Shown: positions 1 through 9,798, numbered from the stretch's first letter. The stretch is DNA of 39,035 nt from an uncultured cyanobacterium (GCA_963807635.1 CAWEDJ010000061.1:1-39035), one strand, 5' to 3'. Notes: generated by a model not told the origin, from the sequence alone. Program-made: numbers and translations.

Positions 1-1271
1 GTTGAAGACCATGAACTGCCCCTCGTCAAAGGAACCGCCCTATTTCGGACAGGATCTCGTTTAGAACCCAGTCAGCAAACCGGCCTACCCAGGAATCACA
101 GGCGAAACCATGCGTACAGGGGGAACTGCCAACCATTCCCCCGATGAATTAAACCAGATTCTCGAACAACGGGTCGTCGCCATTGAAACCGCCATTGGAG
201 CCACATCAGGCTCGGCTAGTTTTGATGCCCTGAGCAAAGATAAGGAAACGGTTTTTAATCTGTTTGCTGAAATCATCCAAAAACCTGTTTTTGCGGCCGA
301 TAAAATTGAACTCGCTAAAACTCAAGCCCAAGGAGCGATCGCCCGTCGTAACGATGATCCCGATGATATTGCCAGTCGAGAATTTAAAAAACTGATGTAT
401 GGTAGCGAAAGTCCCTATGCCCGCATCGTAGAATACGCCACCCTAGACCAAATTGATCGCAATAGTATTGTCAAATTCCACGCCGACTACATCCGACCCG
501 AATCAACTCTATAGGGAATGGTCGGTGATTTTGATCCAACAGAAATGAAAGCTTTAATTGCTCAAAAATTTGGTAACTGGGAAGTTTCTACGCCCAAGCC
601 CAATCTTGATGTTCCAGGGCTAGTCAACAAAACCAACAAAAAATCTTCATCGTCGATCAACCCAAATTGACCCAAAGCAATATCCTATTAGGACACATCG
701 ACGGTAAATTAAGTGATCCCGACTACCCGACTCTCAGTGTCATGAATGGGGTATTAAGCGGCTTTGGAGGGCGTTTATTCAACGAGATCCGCTCCAGACA
801 AGGATTAGCTTACTCTGTCTATGGAAGTTGGAATGCCGCCTACGATTACCCAGGCGTTTTCATTGGAGGAGGACAAACCCGTACTGATGCAACCGTTCCT
901 TTCATCAAATCATTGTTGAGTGAAATTGACCGCATTCGCACTACTCTCGTCACGCCAGAAGAATTATCCTACGCAAAAGAATCTATCCTCAACTCTTTTG
1001 TCTTTAAATTTGAAAATCCTAGCCAGACCCTAACCCGTCTGATGACCTATGAATATTACGGTTATCCTGCTGATTTTATTTTTCAGTATCAGAGCAAAGT
1101 TAAAGACGTTACAGCAGAATCTATTCAACAGGTTGCCCAAAAATACTTAGTTCCCGATAAACTTTTCACCTTAATTGTCGGCAACGGGAAAGCGATCGAA
1201 CCCAATGATCCAGCCTGAAGCAACCCGTAGGCAACATTGACATTACCATTCCAGCACCAGCAAAACCCTAA
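1..1271 (+). CDS. M16 (pitrilysin/insulinase-family) zinc peptidase-like subunit, 5' part outside window; broken by frameshifts and one in-frame stop (probably sequencing errors)
   Basis: Frame 1 from base 1 reads VEDHELPLVKGTALFRTGSR. It continues through ORFs 110-514 and 667-1218 with M16 motifs (GGRLFNEIRSRQGLAYSV). Breaks at ~90, ~512 (TAG), ~618 and ~1207. Confidence 0.85.
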
Positions 1272-1285
1272 ACGCGATCGGGCTT

Positions 1286-1528
1286 TTAATCAAAGTGTCG
1301 TTTAAATCGCGGATCGAGGTGATGTTTTTTCTTTTGATTACAGGTTTGGCAGAGGGTTTGTAGGTTACTCATATCATTACTGCCACCTTTTGCGAGGGGA
1401 ATAATATGGTCAATATTTAGCTTGGTTTCGGTCTGAGTTTGACCACAGCTTTGGCATTGATAATGATCTCTTTGGTAGATGTATTGTCTAACGGAATTGG
1501 GAATAGGAATGCGGGGAGTTTTTGTCAT
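1286..1528 (-). CDS. Small HNH endonuclease (McrA-like)
   Basis: RDHYQCQSCG...IDHIIPLAKGGSNDMSNLQTLCQTCNQKK: CxxC / DH / N / CxxCN HNH signature. Confidence 0.92.
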   Translation of the reverse strand: MTKTPRIPIPNSVRQYIYQRDHYQCQSCGQTQTETKLNIDHIIPLAKGGSNDMSNLQTLCQTCNQKKKHHLDPRFKRHFD

Positions 1529-1532
1529 AAAT

Positions 1533-2120
1533 TTAGGCTTGATTTTCTATTATATTAAAATCGAGGGTGGCATAAATCTCGGATAATGGGGCATCAATCG
1601 CAAAATTTTCAATACGGAGAATTGCGTTTAATTCTTCGTAGGTTTGTAGAGTCCATAAATCATTTTTAGTCCGTCGAAAACATTCAATCAGATATTCCTG
1701 AGAACTGACTAAAATATATTCTTGTAAACTGGGAATAGTACGATAATATTGAAACTTCTTACCGCGATCAAAGGTTTCAGTCGATTCAGAAAGCACTTCA
1801 ACGATGACTTTTGGAAATTTAATATCATAAGCATTTACATCGTCATTATCATCGCAAGTTACGACAATATCAGGATAAAAAAAGCGTTTTTGGTTTGATA
1901 CATTTACTTTTATATCCGCCATAAAGGTTTGACAATTAGAGTTTTTTAACTTTTCTCGAAAAAGTATTGCCAGATTAAGACTAATTGTATTGTGTGCTTT
2001 GGTTGTTCCTGCCATTGCATAGACTTCACCATCAATATATTCGTGTTTGGTGTCGCTATGGTGTTCAAATTCCAGATATTCTTCTGGACTCATGTAATAA
2101 TCTGATTTGAGAGCAATCAT
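1533..2120 (-). CDS. Uma2-family (PD-(D/E)xK-like, DUF820) endonuclease
   Basis: MSPEEYLEFE..KHEYIDGEVYAMAG..YPDIVVTCD..IVEVLSEST..DRGKKF..Y..IPSLQEYILV, typical cyanobacterial Uma2. Confidence 0.92.
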   Translation of the reverse strand: MIALKSDYYMSPEEYLEFEHHSDTKHEYIDGEVYAMAGTTKAHNTISLNLAILFREKLKNSNCQTFMADIKVNVSNQKRFFYPDIVVTCDDNDDVNAYDIKFPKVIVEVLSESTETFDRGKKFQYYRTIPSLQEYILVSSQEYLIECFRRTKNDLWTLQTYEELNAILRIENFAIDAPLSEIYATLDFNIIENQA

Positions 2121-2160
2121 TTTATATTTCCTCTGAGATTTATTTTGGGTTTAATCAAGA

Positions 2161-2556
2161 TTAAGAATTAGGGAAAGAGGGATGATTACGAATCTCATCA
2201 AGGGGTGATTCATATTTAGAGGACTCAGGCTCATTTTGAATTTCTGGTTCATCTGGAATAAATTCAATAGCTATTTTTAGATTAAACCTTCCTTTTTTCC
2301 ATCCAGTAGAGGCCACTTTTAATATTTCAGAGTCTGTCCCTTTAGTAAATAAAGCTAAAGCTTTTGCTTGATCAATTTTGATTCCAGAGCTATTTAATGT
2401 TTCGGATAGACCAGAAGAAGCTGAATTTGAATTATTACCTGTTAGAAATTTATTTAATTCCGCCTTAAGAGCTTCCACTTTATAGAATTTGCCATATAAC
2501 GATACAACATCCTCATCAGAACATCCTTCTAAGTGAAAATTATCTTCAATTGCCAT
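2161..2556 (-). CDS. KGK-domain protein (copy 2, intact)
   Basis: G.D.EILK...GWKKGR..LKIAIEFIPDEPE...ESPLDEIR motif of the cyanobacterial KGK family; GGAG RBS upstream. Confidence 0.9.
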   Translation of the reverse strand: MAIEDNFHLEGCSDEDVVSLYGKFYKVEALKAELNKFLTGNNSNSASSGLSETLNSSGIKIDQAKALALFTKGTDSEILKVASTGWKKGRFNLKIAIEFIPDEPEIQNEPESSKYESPLDEIRNHPSFPNS

Positions 2557-2676
2557 GATTTTGTCTCCTATTAATTTTATTTAGTTTAACTATTTTGTTG
2601 CATTTCCCGACGAATTTCGTCAAGCGGTGATTGATATTCAGGAATTTCTGGCTCATCAGGAATAAATTCAACACTA

Positions 2677-3588
2677 GGGCGTGTCATCAATTAGGGGGGT
2701 TGACATTAGTGGCAAATAATGCGCAGAGTATGAAATGACACAATATACGTTGAAGAGAGGTGTGAATATGACGAGGCGTTATGCGTTGCGGGATGACCAA
2801 TGGGAAAGAATCAAAGAGCTATTACCTGGAAAAGAGGGAGATGTGGGAGTAACAGCCAAAGATAATCGTTTGTTTGTTGAAGCCGTATTATATCGATATA
2901 GAGCGGGCATTCCTTGGAGAGACTTACCCGAAAGGTTTGGAGATTTTCGAGTGATTCACACGCGTTTTACGCGATGGACGAAATCAGGGGTGTGGGAAAA
3001 GGTATTCAAGCACTTAGCGCAGGACGCTGATAATGAATACGCAATGATAGATGCAACGATTGTGAGAGCGCATCAACACAGTGCAGGAGCAAAAAACAGT
3101 AGCGCAGAGGAAGAAGATATAGGAAGGAGTACAGGAGGATTAAGTACGAAAATCCATGCCGTAGTAGACGCATTAGGGAATCCAGTCTCTTTTTTCCTAA
3201 CGCCAGGTCAAGCGTGTGATTTAGACGGAGCCGATGTGCTATTGCCTGATGTAGAAGCAGAAGCGGTGCTAGGGGACAAAGCCTATGACGCAGACGATAG
3301 AGTCATTAAGGTTCTAGAAAAAAGAGGGATAGTGCCTGTGATACCCTCGAAAAGTAATCGAAAAGAACCTCGCCCTTATGATACATTTTTGTATAAAGCG
3401 CGTCATTTAGTCGAAAACTTCTTTGCGAAACTCAAACAATATCGTGCGCTTGCGACTCGTTACGACAAGCGCTCAGCCAATTTTCTAGGCGGCATCTATC
3501 TGGCCGCATCAGTTATATGGTTAGCGTAGCCCAGTTTAAACAGCATAATTATTCACTAATGTCAAGTGTGTTAATTGATGACACGCTC
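2677..3588 (+). mobile_element. IS5-family insertion sequence (IS427-like group), 912 bp, TA target duplication
   Basis: Terminal inverted repeats GGGCGTGTCATCAATTA (2677-2693) and TAATTGATGACACGCTC (3572-3588), 16/17 match; TA at 2675-2676 and 3589-3590. Confidence 0.93.
2735..3529 (+). CDS. IS5-family DDE transposase, intact single ORF (likely start 2768, MTRRY)
   Basis: N-terminal DNRLFVEAVLYRYRAGIPWRDLPERFG; catalytic IDAT, GDKAYD, and YKARHLVENFFAKLKQYR. Confidence 0.95.
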   Translation: MTQYTLKRGVNMTRRYALRDDQWERIKELLPGKEGDVGVTAKDNRLFVEAVLYRYRAGIPWRDLPERFGDFRVIHTRFTRWTKSGVWEKVFKHLAQDADNEYAMIDATIVRAHQHSAGAKNSSAEEEDIGRSTGGLSTKIHAVVDALGNPVSFFLTPGQACDLDGADVLLPDVEAEAVLGDKAYDADDRVIKVLEKRGIVPVIPSKSNRKEPRPYDTFLYKARHLVENFFAKLKQYRALATRYDKRSANFLGGIYLAASVIWLA

Positions 3589-4070
3589 TAACTTTGATTT
3601 TTAATTTCCCTTTTTTCCAGCCATCAGAACCAGCCTTTAAAATTTGACAATCGACTCCTTTTGTAAACCAATCAGTTAATTCATTTTGAACAGCGATCTG
3701 AACTTGATTGTTATTAAGATGCCTAGTAAGTGAATCAGGGATAGCATTATCAAAAGCTGATTGTAAAGCTGATTTGACTTTACCAACTTTAAACAATTTT
3801 TCTGTCTGTTCTAAAATATCGTCATCGCGAAGATTTTTAAGATGATCGTTATATTCAAGATCCATGATTTTGTCTCCATTAATAAAAAAAGTAGTTAAAA
3901 GGCAAAAGTTACTCCTAAAAATTATAACTCAAAAAATGCGATTACGATTCAATTTCTAGCCAAAATTTTAACATTTTAATCGGAATACCCAAGGGGGGGG
4001 AAAATAATTTTAAGCGTTTATATACTACTTACGTTTCGAGATTTCTAGATACTTTTTATTCAGTGCCATT

Positions 4071-4580
4071 TTAAGCTACGGCGTAACGTTGACCAATTTT
4101 TCCAATCGCATCTGCCACCTGAAGTCGAACCATTTTATCAGGATCAGAAAAGATTTGGATTAAGTTAGGAATTGCTTCCTCTGAGCCAATTTGTCCGAGA
4201 GCTTGGGCCGCAACTGCCCGAACTGATGCCTCTGAATCGGAAAGAGTATTAATAAGATAGGAAATGGCTTTTTCACTGCCGATTTTACCGAGTGCCTTGG
4301 CAGTGGCAGTACGAATCAGACTATCTTGAACATTGAGATAATTTACTAAGCTAGGAATAGCCGCATCATTGCCAATTTCTCCTAATGTTTGAATCAGATT
4401 GAGTTGTACTTGTTGATTTTCTTCAAATGATAATCGATTAATTAAAGCAGAGATAGGAACACCATCTCCCATTTTTCCCAAAGATTCAGCCGCCTTAGCC
4501 CGAATTTCTGGAATAGAATCATTTAACTTGTCACTTAAAGCTTCAATTGCCATTTGGGTATATTGATTGTTCGTAATCAT
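4071..4580 (-). CDS. HEAT-repeat (PBS lyase-like) protein
   Basis: About five repeats of L.D....VR..AA.ALG.IG.E.AIP.L; no other domain visible. Confidence 0.9.
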   Translation of the reverse strand: MITNNQYTQMAIEALSDKLNDSIPEIRAKAAESLGKMGDGVPISALINRLSFEENQQVQLNLIQTLGEIGNDAAIPSLVNYLNVQDSLIRTATAKALGKIGSEKAISYLINTLSDSEASVRAVAAQALGQIGSEEAIPNLIQIFSDPDKMVRLQVADAIGKIGQRYAVA

Positions 4581-4622
4581 TTTTTTAAGTCTTATTTGAG
4601 AATTATCATCAAAAAATTATTA

Positions 4623-4642
4623 AGGGGTAAAAACTACCCCCT
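4623..4642 (-). terminator. Stem-loop just downstream of the dynamin-like gene (terminator or RNA-stabilising hairpin)
   Basis: GGGGTA-AAAAC-TACCCC inverted repeat about 25 bp after the stop codon. Confidence 0.4.
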
Positions 4643-7016
4643 AAAAATTATAACGTAAGCAAGATCTAGGTAATATCAGCACTATCAACTAAATCTGCTT
4701 CAATGATTTCAGATTTAATGCTTTCAGATTGAGCAGAAAATTCTTCCTGAGTAATCAAAGGTAATTGATACAATTGCATTGCTTTTAGGCATTCATTAAT
4801 CGCTGAAATGGCTTCATTATAGGCATCAATTTTGCCCTTAACGGTTCCTTGTAAACGACTATTGCGAGCAATTTTTTCCTCTGCTTCCTTTTCTAGAGTT
4901 TGCTGCAAATAGGAACGAGCTACATCATATTGTTGCAAAATCTCATCCGCTTGTTTTTCTGCCATTGGTAACAGATGGGTTTTAATCGCCTGATTAATTT
5001 TTTGACGAAAGGTTTTCCGAACGGTATTAAAAACCTTGGGTTCCACATCTAGCTTTAATAATTGACGAATCGCAGGTTCAGCCGTGACAATACTTTCAGC
5101 GTCATAACTTTGGGAAGTTTGCTGTAAGGTTTCGCGGAATTGATAGATCGAAAAAGTTCCTTCATCATAGAAACGGGGACTTTCTCGCACATAGGAATCA
5201 CATTCAGAAATTGCCGCACTCACTAAGGCTTTGCTGAGATCTTCTTCCACTTGTTTTAAATGAATTTCGATCCCCGCATCTTTCCCTAACAGACGAGAAA
5301 TTTCACGATAATGATCCGTTTGACGAACTCGGTTTAATAGCCGTTGGGAAAAACTCTTGACTAAATCCTTAATTCCTACGACTAAAACATCTTCTAATTC
5401 ATTAGCGAGATAATACAAAGCCTCAACTAAAACAGCAATAAAAGGAGCCGTCGAATTACGGGGATGATTGAGGGTTGCTTGACGATAGGCCGCACCGACA
5501 GAAAAGTTTTTTAATAGCTCATCTAAATACGTTACCATGCGATTTTTGAGCTTAATGAAATCCTCTTCAAATTCCCGATCTAGATTAGTAATGGTGTTAT
5601 TGACTTCTAGGGCAATATGTTCTCGGAAAGCAACACCTAAATCCTGTAAAGATTGATTTAATAGGGTTAGTTCCTGGGCTTTCATTGCTTCAATTTCGCG
5701 GGGTTGACTATCTAAATCACGATATTCTTTTAAGTAGGTACTTTTGAGACTGATACAAAGGGGCTGTAAATCATCGGCTAAAGTTTTAAACAGTTCGGGA
5801 TACTTTTCTTCCGCGAGATAACGAGTTACCCCATCCCGAAAACTTTGAATACCGCTATCTTGAATGAGTTGATCCAATAAAGGCGTTCCCCATTCGCTTA
5901 AGATGCGAACATAATTTTCATTAGGAGTCTCATAGCTATTGACTGAAACTTTAAAGTCAGTACGGGTCAATAGCTTTTTAGAATTACCACAATAATTGTT
6001 AAATTCATTGACAAATTGAGGGGTTTCTTCTTCACCATTGAGTCCCTTAATACTATCAGCAAAAATGCTATCCAATCCAAAGCGATCGCGTCCTGTAGTT
6101 TGCTTAATCAGACTGCCAAAAAATCCCAATAAACCACTGGTTTGATAGAGCTTTGTATTACCTTGAAACTGATTTTGAATCAAACTTTCTAATCGTTGAC
6201 GCAATTGGGTATTGTACCAAGTGTCATCAATACGATTAAAAACATAAAAAACGCGATCGCGGATTCCCAAATTAGAGCGCATTTTCTCCAATAATTCCGT
6301 TTCTTCGGTGGTCATTTCCCCTGCCGAAGCCGCTTTTAAAACACAGACAACGGCAGAACTATCGGGATCTTCTATTTTGCGATAGGTTAAATCCGCATCT
6401 TTTTTGACAGGGGCATCAATTCCTGGCAGATCCACTAAAACATTCCCGTCTTGCAATAAGGGATGACAGCAATGATAATCTAGACGTTTGAGAACCGCGC
6501 TATTGCTACCCCTTCGAGCATAACCTGCGGCTTCCGTCAGATTGGAAAAATTCAATTGTTCCATTGAATAGGTCGCATTGTTCATCGTGTGGATTTTATC
6601 CCGATTTTGGCTAAATCCATCTAAAAGTAGAATTAAACCGTAAGCTTGTTTTGCCTTATCTGACTTACTGGCTCCTCCTTCTTGTTCAATGATTTTTTGG
6701 CATTGTTGTTCCAACAGTTGAACGGTTTCGGATTGATTAATATTGTTAACAGCTTGCAGGTTCAAACGATGACATAAAGCGGTCACTTGTTCACGAATTT
6801 CTGCTTCACTCAGGAAAGTTAAAACCACTTCTTCCTTGCCTGGTTCGGCATATTCGATGTGACATTCCGTTCCAGTGGCGTGACCTTCCGCACTGTAGAG
6901 CAATTCCCTCTCTAACAGCGCATTAATGAGCATCGACTTGCCCGCACTAAAAGCCCCCGCAAACACAATCTCAAATTTGTGGGCGATCGCTTTTTTGAGG
7001 GAAGTTTCAATTTTAC

Positions 7017-8501
7017 CCACCTGTAAATAATTAGTTGATGATTAACAAGATTGAGCAGGAAACCAAAGAGAAGTCCAGCAATGATTAAGTTCAGCTACCT
7101 TGAGAAAGCTTAAAGCCTTGCTACCATTCATGCTCCAACTTACACCCTTTTTTTTCTGACGATGACCAACGACCAAATCTACGCCTTTTTCAATGCGACC
7201 ACTACCAATACTTTTACCGACTTTTCGCCGACCTTCGTAGTTGATGATTTCTGAGTGATGTTTCTCCAAATAACCAATAAGTTCCAACAAGACCTTGTTA
7301 TTGCGAGCAACAACCTGATGTTTTAAGTAGTTGAGGGCAATATTCAGTCTGACCATGCCATAATTGTGAGAGTAAAAACTTGACATGATTGGATTTTTCT
7401 TCTTTGTTGAAAGCAATCATAGACATCAGATTTCGCACTTTTTTGCATAGGTGATACCAGTCTAAAATCACAACAGGTAAAACACCAAAGATAGCCAAGA
7501 GGCGATGGCGAATGACTTTTGCCCCATCGGTGATAGCAACAATATTCAACGGTTTTGATTCCTTTTGATAGAGGTCGAGAATTCTCGCTCTAACGACTGT
7601 CGCAAGACTTATCGGTTCTTCTACCTCAGTATCAAAAGGAGAAACGAGATATTCAAATCCCCCTTTGGGTGTTTGCAACATTACTACATCGGTAATGACG
7701 GCGGGAGTCTTATTCTTGGTGGTATCTGGACTTGGAGTATGGGCAGTAGATTCATTACGCGAATTACGCTCAGGCTTTTGTTCTTTGACTTGAATACCAT
7801 CGTCAAATAGGAGAATTTCTGACTCCTCTACGTTATAAATCTCTACGCTTTTCTTTATCTGAATCTGCTCAGATGTGGTCTATTCTAATGATTCTTGTAC
7901 AGTTTGTCGGATTTGCTGGCTATAGGTTTCGGCTTTCCCTTTCACTATTCCCCAAATGGTCTGGTCACTCAATAAGTTTTCTCCTGTTACTCGCTCCACT
8001 AATCCAGCCAAATTCTCATAACTGAGCCGATTGGCGTAATAACCGCATAATTCCTCTAATCTCTGACTCACAAATCTTTCCTGCAATTGCTCCGATAACT
8101 GAAAATAGTTAACTTCTTTTTTATTCGTTTGATACTTTTGTAAGTAAAACTCAAACTGACCGTGTAATGTTTTTATACAGATTTTTCTCGTACCATTACA
8201 CCACAAGTTTAGTTTTTTTTACTTTTTCCGTGAACTCGTTTTGTGCCTGCGCCAGTAAGGCTGCCTCTATTTCAGGCAATACTTTCTGTTTCATCTGTTC
8301 TACACCTCCTTCTATGTCATGTAAGCTTTGGGTTCCTATTTCCATTGCAAATGGGCTGTTTTGGCTGAGAATATTTCCCATTTCGTTACGAATCACGAAT
8401 TCTACCGTCACTTTCATCCTTTTTACTCCTTTTTTTAAGACAATCTGTTTTTTTGCTTTCTCTTCATTTTACCTAATCATCAACTAATTATTTACAGGTA
8501 G
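7017..8501 (-). mobile_element. ISKra4/ISLre2-like (prokaryotic Mutator-type) IS, 1485 bp, 28-bp TIRs, 8-bp TSD
   Basis: TIR C(C/T)ACCTGTAAATAATTAGTTGATGATTA at 7017-7044 and 8474-8501 (27/28 match); TSD AATTTTAC at 7009-7016 and 8502-8509. Confidence 0.92.
7042..8417 (-). pseudogene. Fragmented DDE transposase of the ISKra4/ISLre2-like element
   Basis: Pieces 8417-8196, 8206-7880, 7879-7298 and 7416-7042 carry LLFDDGIQVK, ITDGAKVI..ILDWYHL and IGSGRIEKGV..RQKKKGVSWS. Frameshifts at ~8215 and ~7345; in-frame TAG at 7880-7882. Confidence 0.85.
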
Positions 8502-8876
8502 AATTTTACTGGTATTGAATTGGGAACGTAGGCTAACTTCTTGGTTGAGCAGATCTAGCAATTGGTTAACCTGTTCCCGTAAGTTTGCACATTGAGGAGG
8601 TAACTGAGCCATAATTTTTTTTGGAATGGGTTGAAATTACAATATTTTTATTATTCCCTAAAATTTTGTAGGATCAACGCTTTCCCAAATAGATATGACC
8701 TTTTTTTTCAATAGAGCTACTTCAATTTATACCCTTTGCAATCCTCTATAATTAGAAAAATTAGCCCTATTCCTAGCATTAATTTCCAGTTTTCAATGGT
8801 TTTTACGGGCAAAACGCGATCGCCACTCCAGATTGATTGAGACACAAAACAGGGAATCAACTTTTCAAAAAACGCT

Positions 8877-8923
8877 CAAAAAAAAGAATAGGTACATTAA
8901 GACTTAACCGCCTGTACCCATTC
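8877..8923 (-). terminator. Rho-independent terminator of the fasciclin gene
   Basis: Stem GAATAGGTACA (8886-8896) / TGTACCCATTC (8913-8923), followed on the minus strand by a 9-T run. Confidence 0.65.
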
Positions 8924-8954
8924 CCGAATGTTTAAAAAACCTAATACCTAAAGA

Positions 8955-9554
8955 TTACAAATTAGGAGGTAAAAGCACTTGGTCAATGACATGAATCACA
9001 CCATTACTTGCGTCAACATCTGCTGAAATCACATTGGCGCGGCCAACTTTGACCTTATCGCCATTCACGCTAATTTTGACAGAACTGCCCTCTACCGTGT
9101 TGACATTTCCTGGTTTGATCATTTTTGAAGTGATTTCCCCTGCAACAACGTGATAGGTCAGAACTTTTTGGAGTTTGGCTTTATTTTCAGGCTTGAGTAA
9201 ATTTTCTACCGTTCCCTTGGGGAGAGCTTCAAAAGCTTTATCCGTTGGGGCAAACACCGTGAATGGCCCCTTCCCTGATAGGGTTTCGACTAGCCCTGCC
9301 GCCTGAATTGCCGCTACCAAGGTTTTAAAGGAATTATTGGCGGCTGCAACTTCTACGATGGTTCCTGTCGTCGTTGCGGTTGTGGCTCCCGTTGGCATGG
9401 GTTTTGTTCCTCCCGCGATGAGATTAGCGGAAGGTTTTTGGGCTTGGGTGCAATCCTTCGCGATCGCTGCAACATTAGAGAAAAGGATTGGTGTACCAAG
9501 AGCGACTAAACCCAGACAGAGAGAGGCTAAACGAGATTGTCCTTGTACTTTCAT
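8955..9554 (-). CDS. Secreted fasciclin (FAS1) domain protein (Sll1483-like)
   Basis: Signal peptide; [46 protein letters not shown] at 9554 is preceded by AAGGA. Confidence 0.92.
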   Translation of the reverse strand: MKVQGQSRLASLCLGLVALGTPILFSNVAAIAKDCTQAQKPSANLIAGGTKPMPTGATTATTTGTIVEVAAANNSFKTLVAAIQAAGLVETLSGKGPFTVFAPTDKAFEALPKGTVENLLKPENKAKLQKVLTYHVVAGEITSKMIKPGNVNTVEGSSVKISVNGDKVKVGRANVISADVDASNGVIHVIDQVLLPPNL

Positions 9555-9564
9555 ATCCTTACAG

Positions 9565-9582
9565 TTTGTAACTAAATGTAAA
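9565..9582 (-). promoter_or_regulatory. HLR1 (RpaB-binding) direct repeat upstream of the fasciclin gene
   Basis: Minus strand TTTACATT-TA-GTTACAAA matches (G/T)TTACA(T/A)(T/A)-N2-(G/T)TTACA(T/A)(T/A) exactly. Confidence 0.75.
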
Positions 9583-9798
9583 CTTATATTAAGCTTAAGA
9601 CATTTATCTCTGGATGGCTTTGTTTTTTCGGACACTTCAAAAAATGGCCCTCGTTATACCTTGGAGTTGATTCCTCTTGGGACAGAGGGGAGGATTTTAC
9701 CATTAATGCCTAGCTATTTGTTTGCCAGATTTGCCTAAAAAATACTGATGATCGAGAAGACGCGATCACCTTCCAAAGATCCATCAAGCTAGAACAGA

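Larger units (their letters stand above)
2586..3865 (-). pseudogene. KGK-domain protein (copy 1) interrupted by an IS5-family element
   Basis: Removing 2677-3588 and one TA restores the frame ...GWKKGKLKIKV|SVEFIPDEPEIPEYQSPLDEIRREMQQNS*, with the stop at 2586-2588. Confidence 0.9.
4666..8612 (-). pseudogene. Bacterial dynamin-like GTPase (SynDLP/Slr0869-type), interrupted after codon ~37 by an IS
   Basis: Removing 7017-8501 and one 8-bp TSD gives MAQLPPQCANLREQVNQLLDLLNQEVSLRSQFNTSKIETSLKKAIAHKFEIVFAGAFSAGKS. G1 GAFSAGKS, G2 ATGT, G3 DLPG, G4 NRID; HPRN motif in the helical stalk. Confidence 0.92.

Noticed and set aside
3536..3588. C-terminus RACHQLTHLTLVNNYAV of the 109-aa ORF
   Set aside because: Read-through into the IS end; the real KGK C-terminus lies at 2586-2676.
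9337..9738. Antisense and alternative-frame ORFs (e.g. 9337-9738, 21674-22030, 25504-25975, 36426-37414)
   Set aside because: Shadows of well-supported genes, with no motifs or independent start signals.
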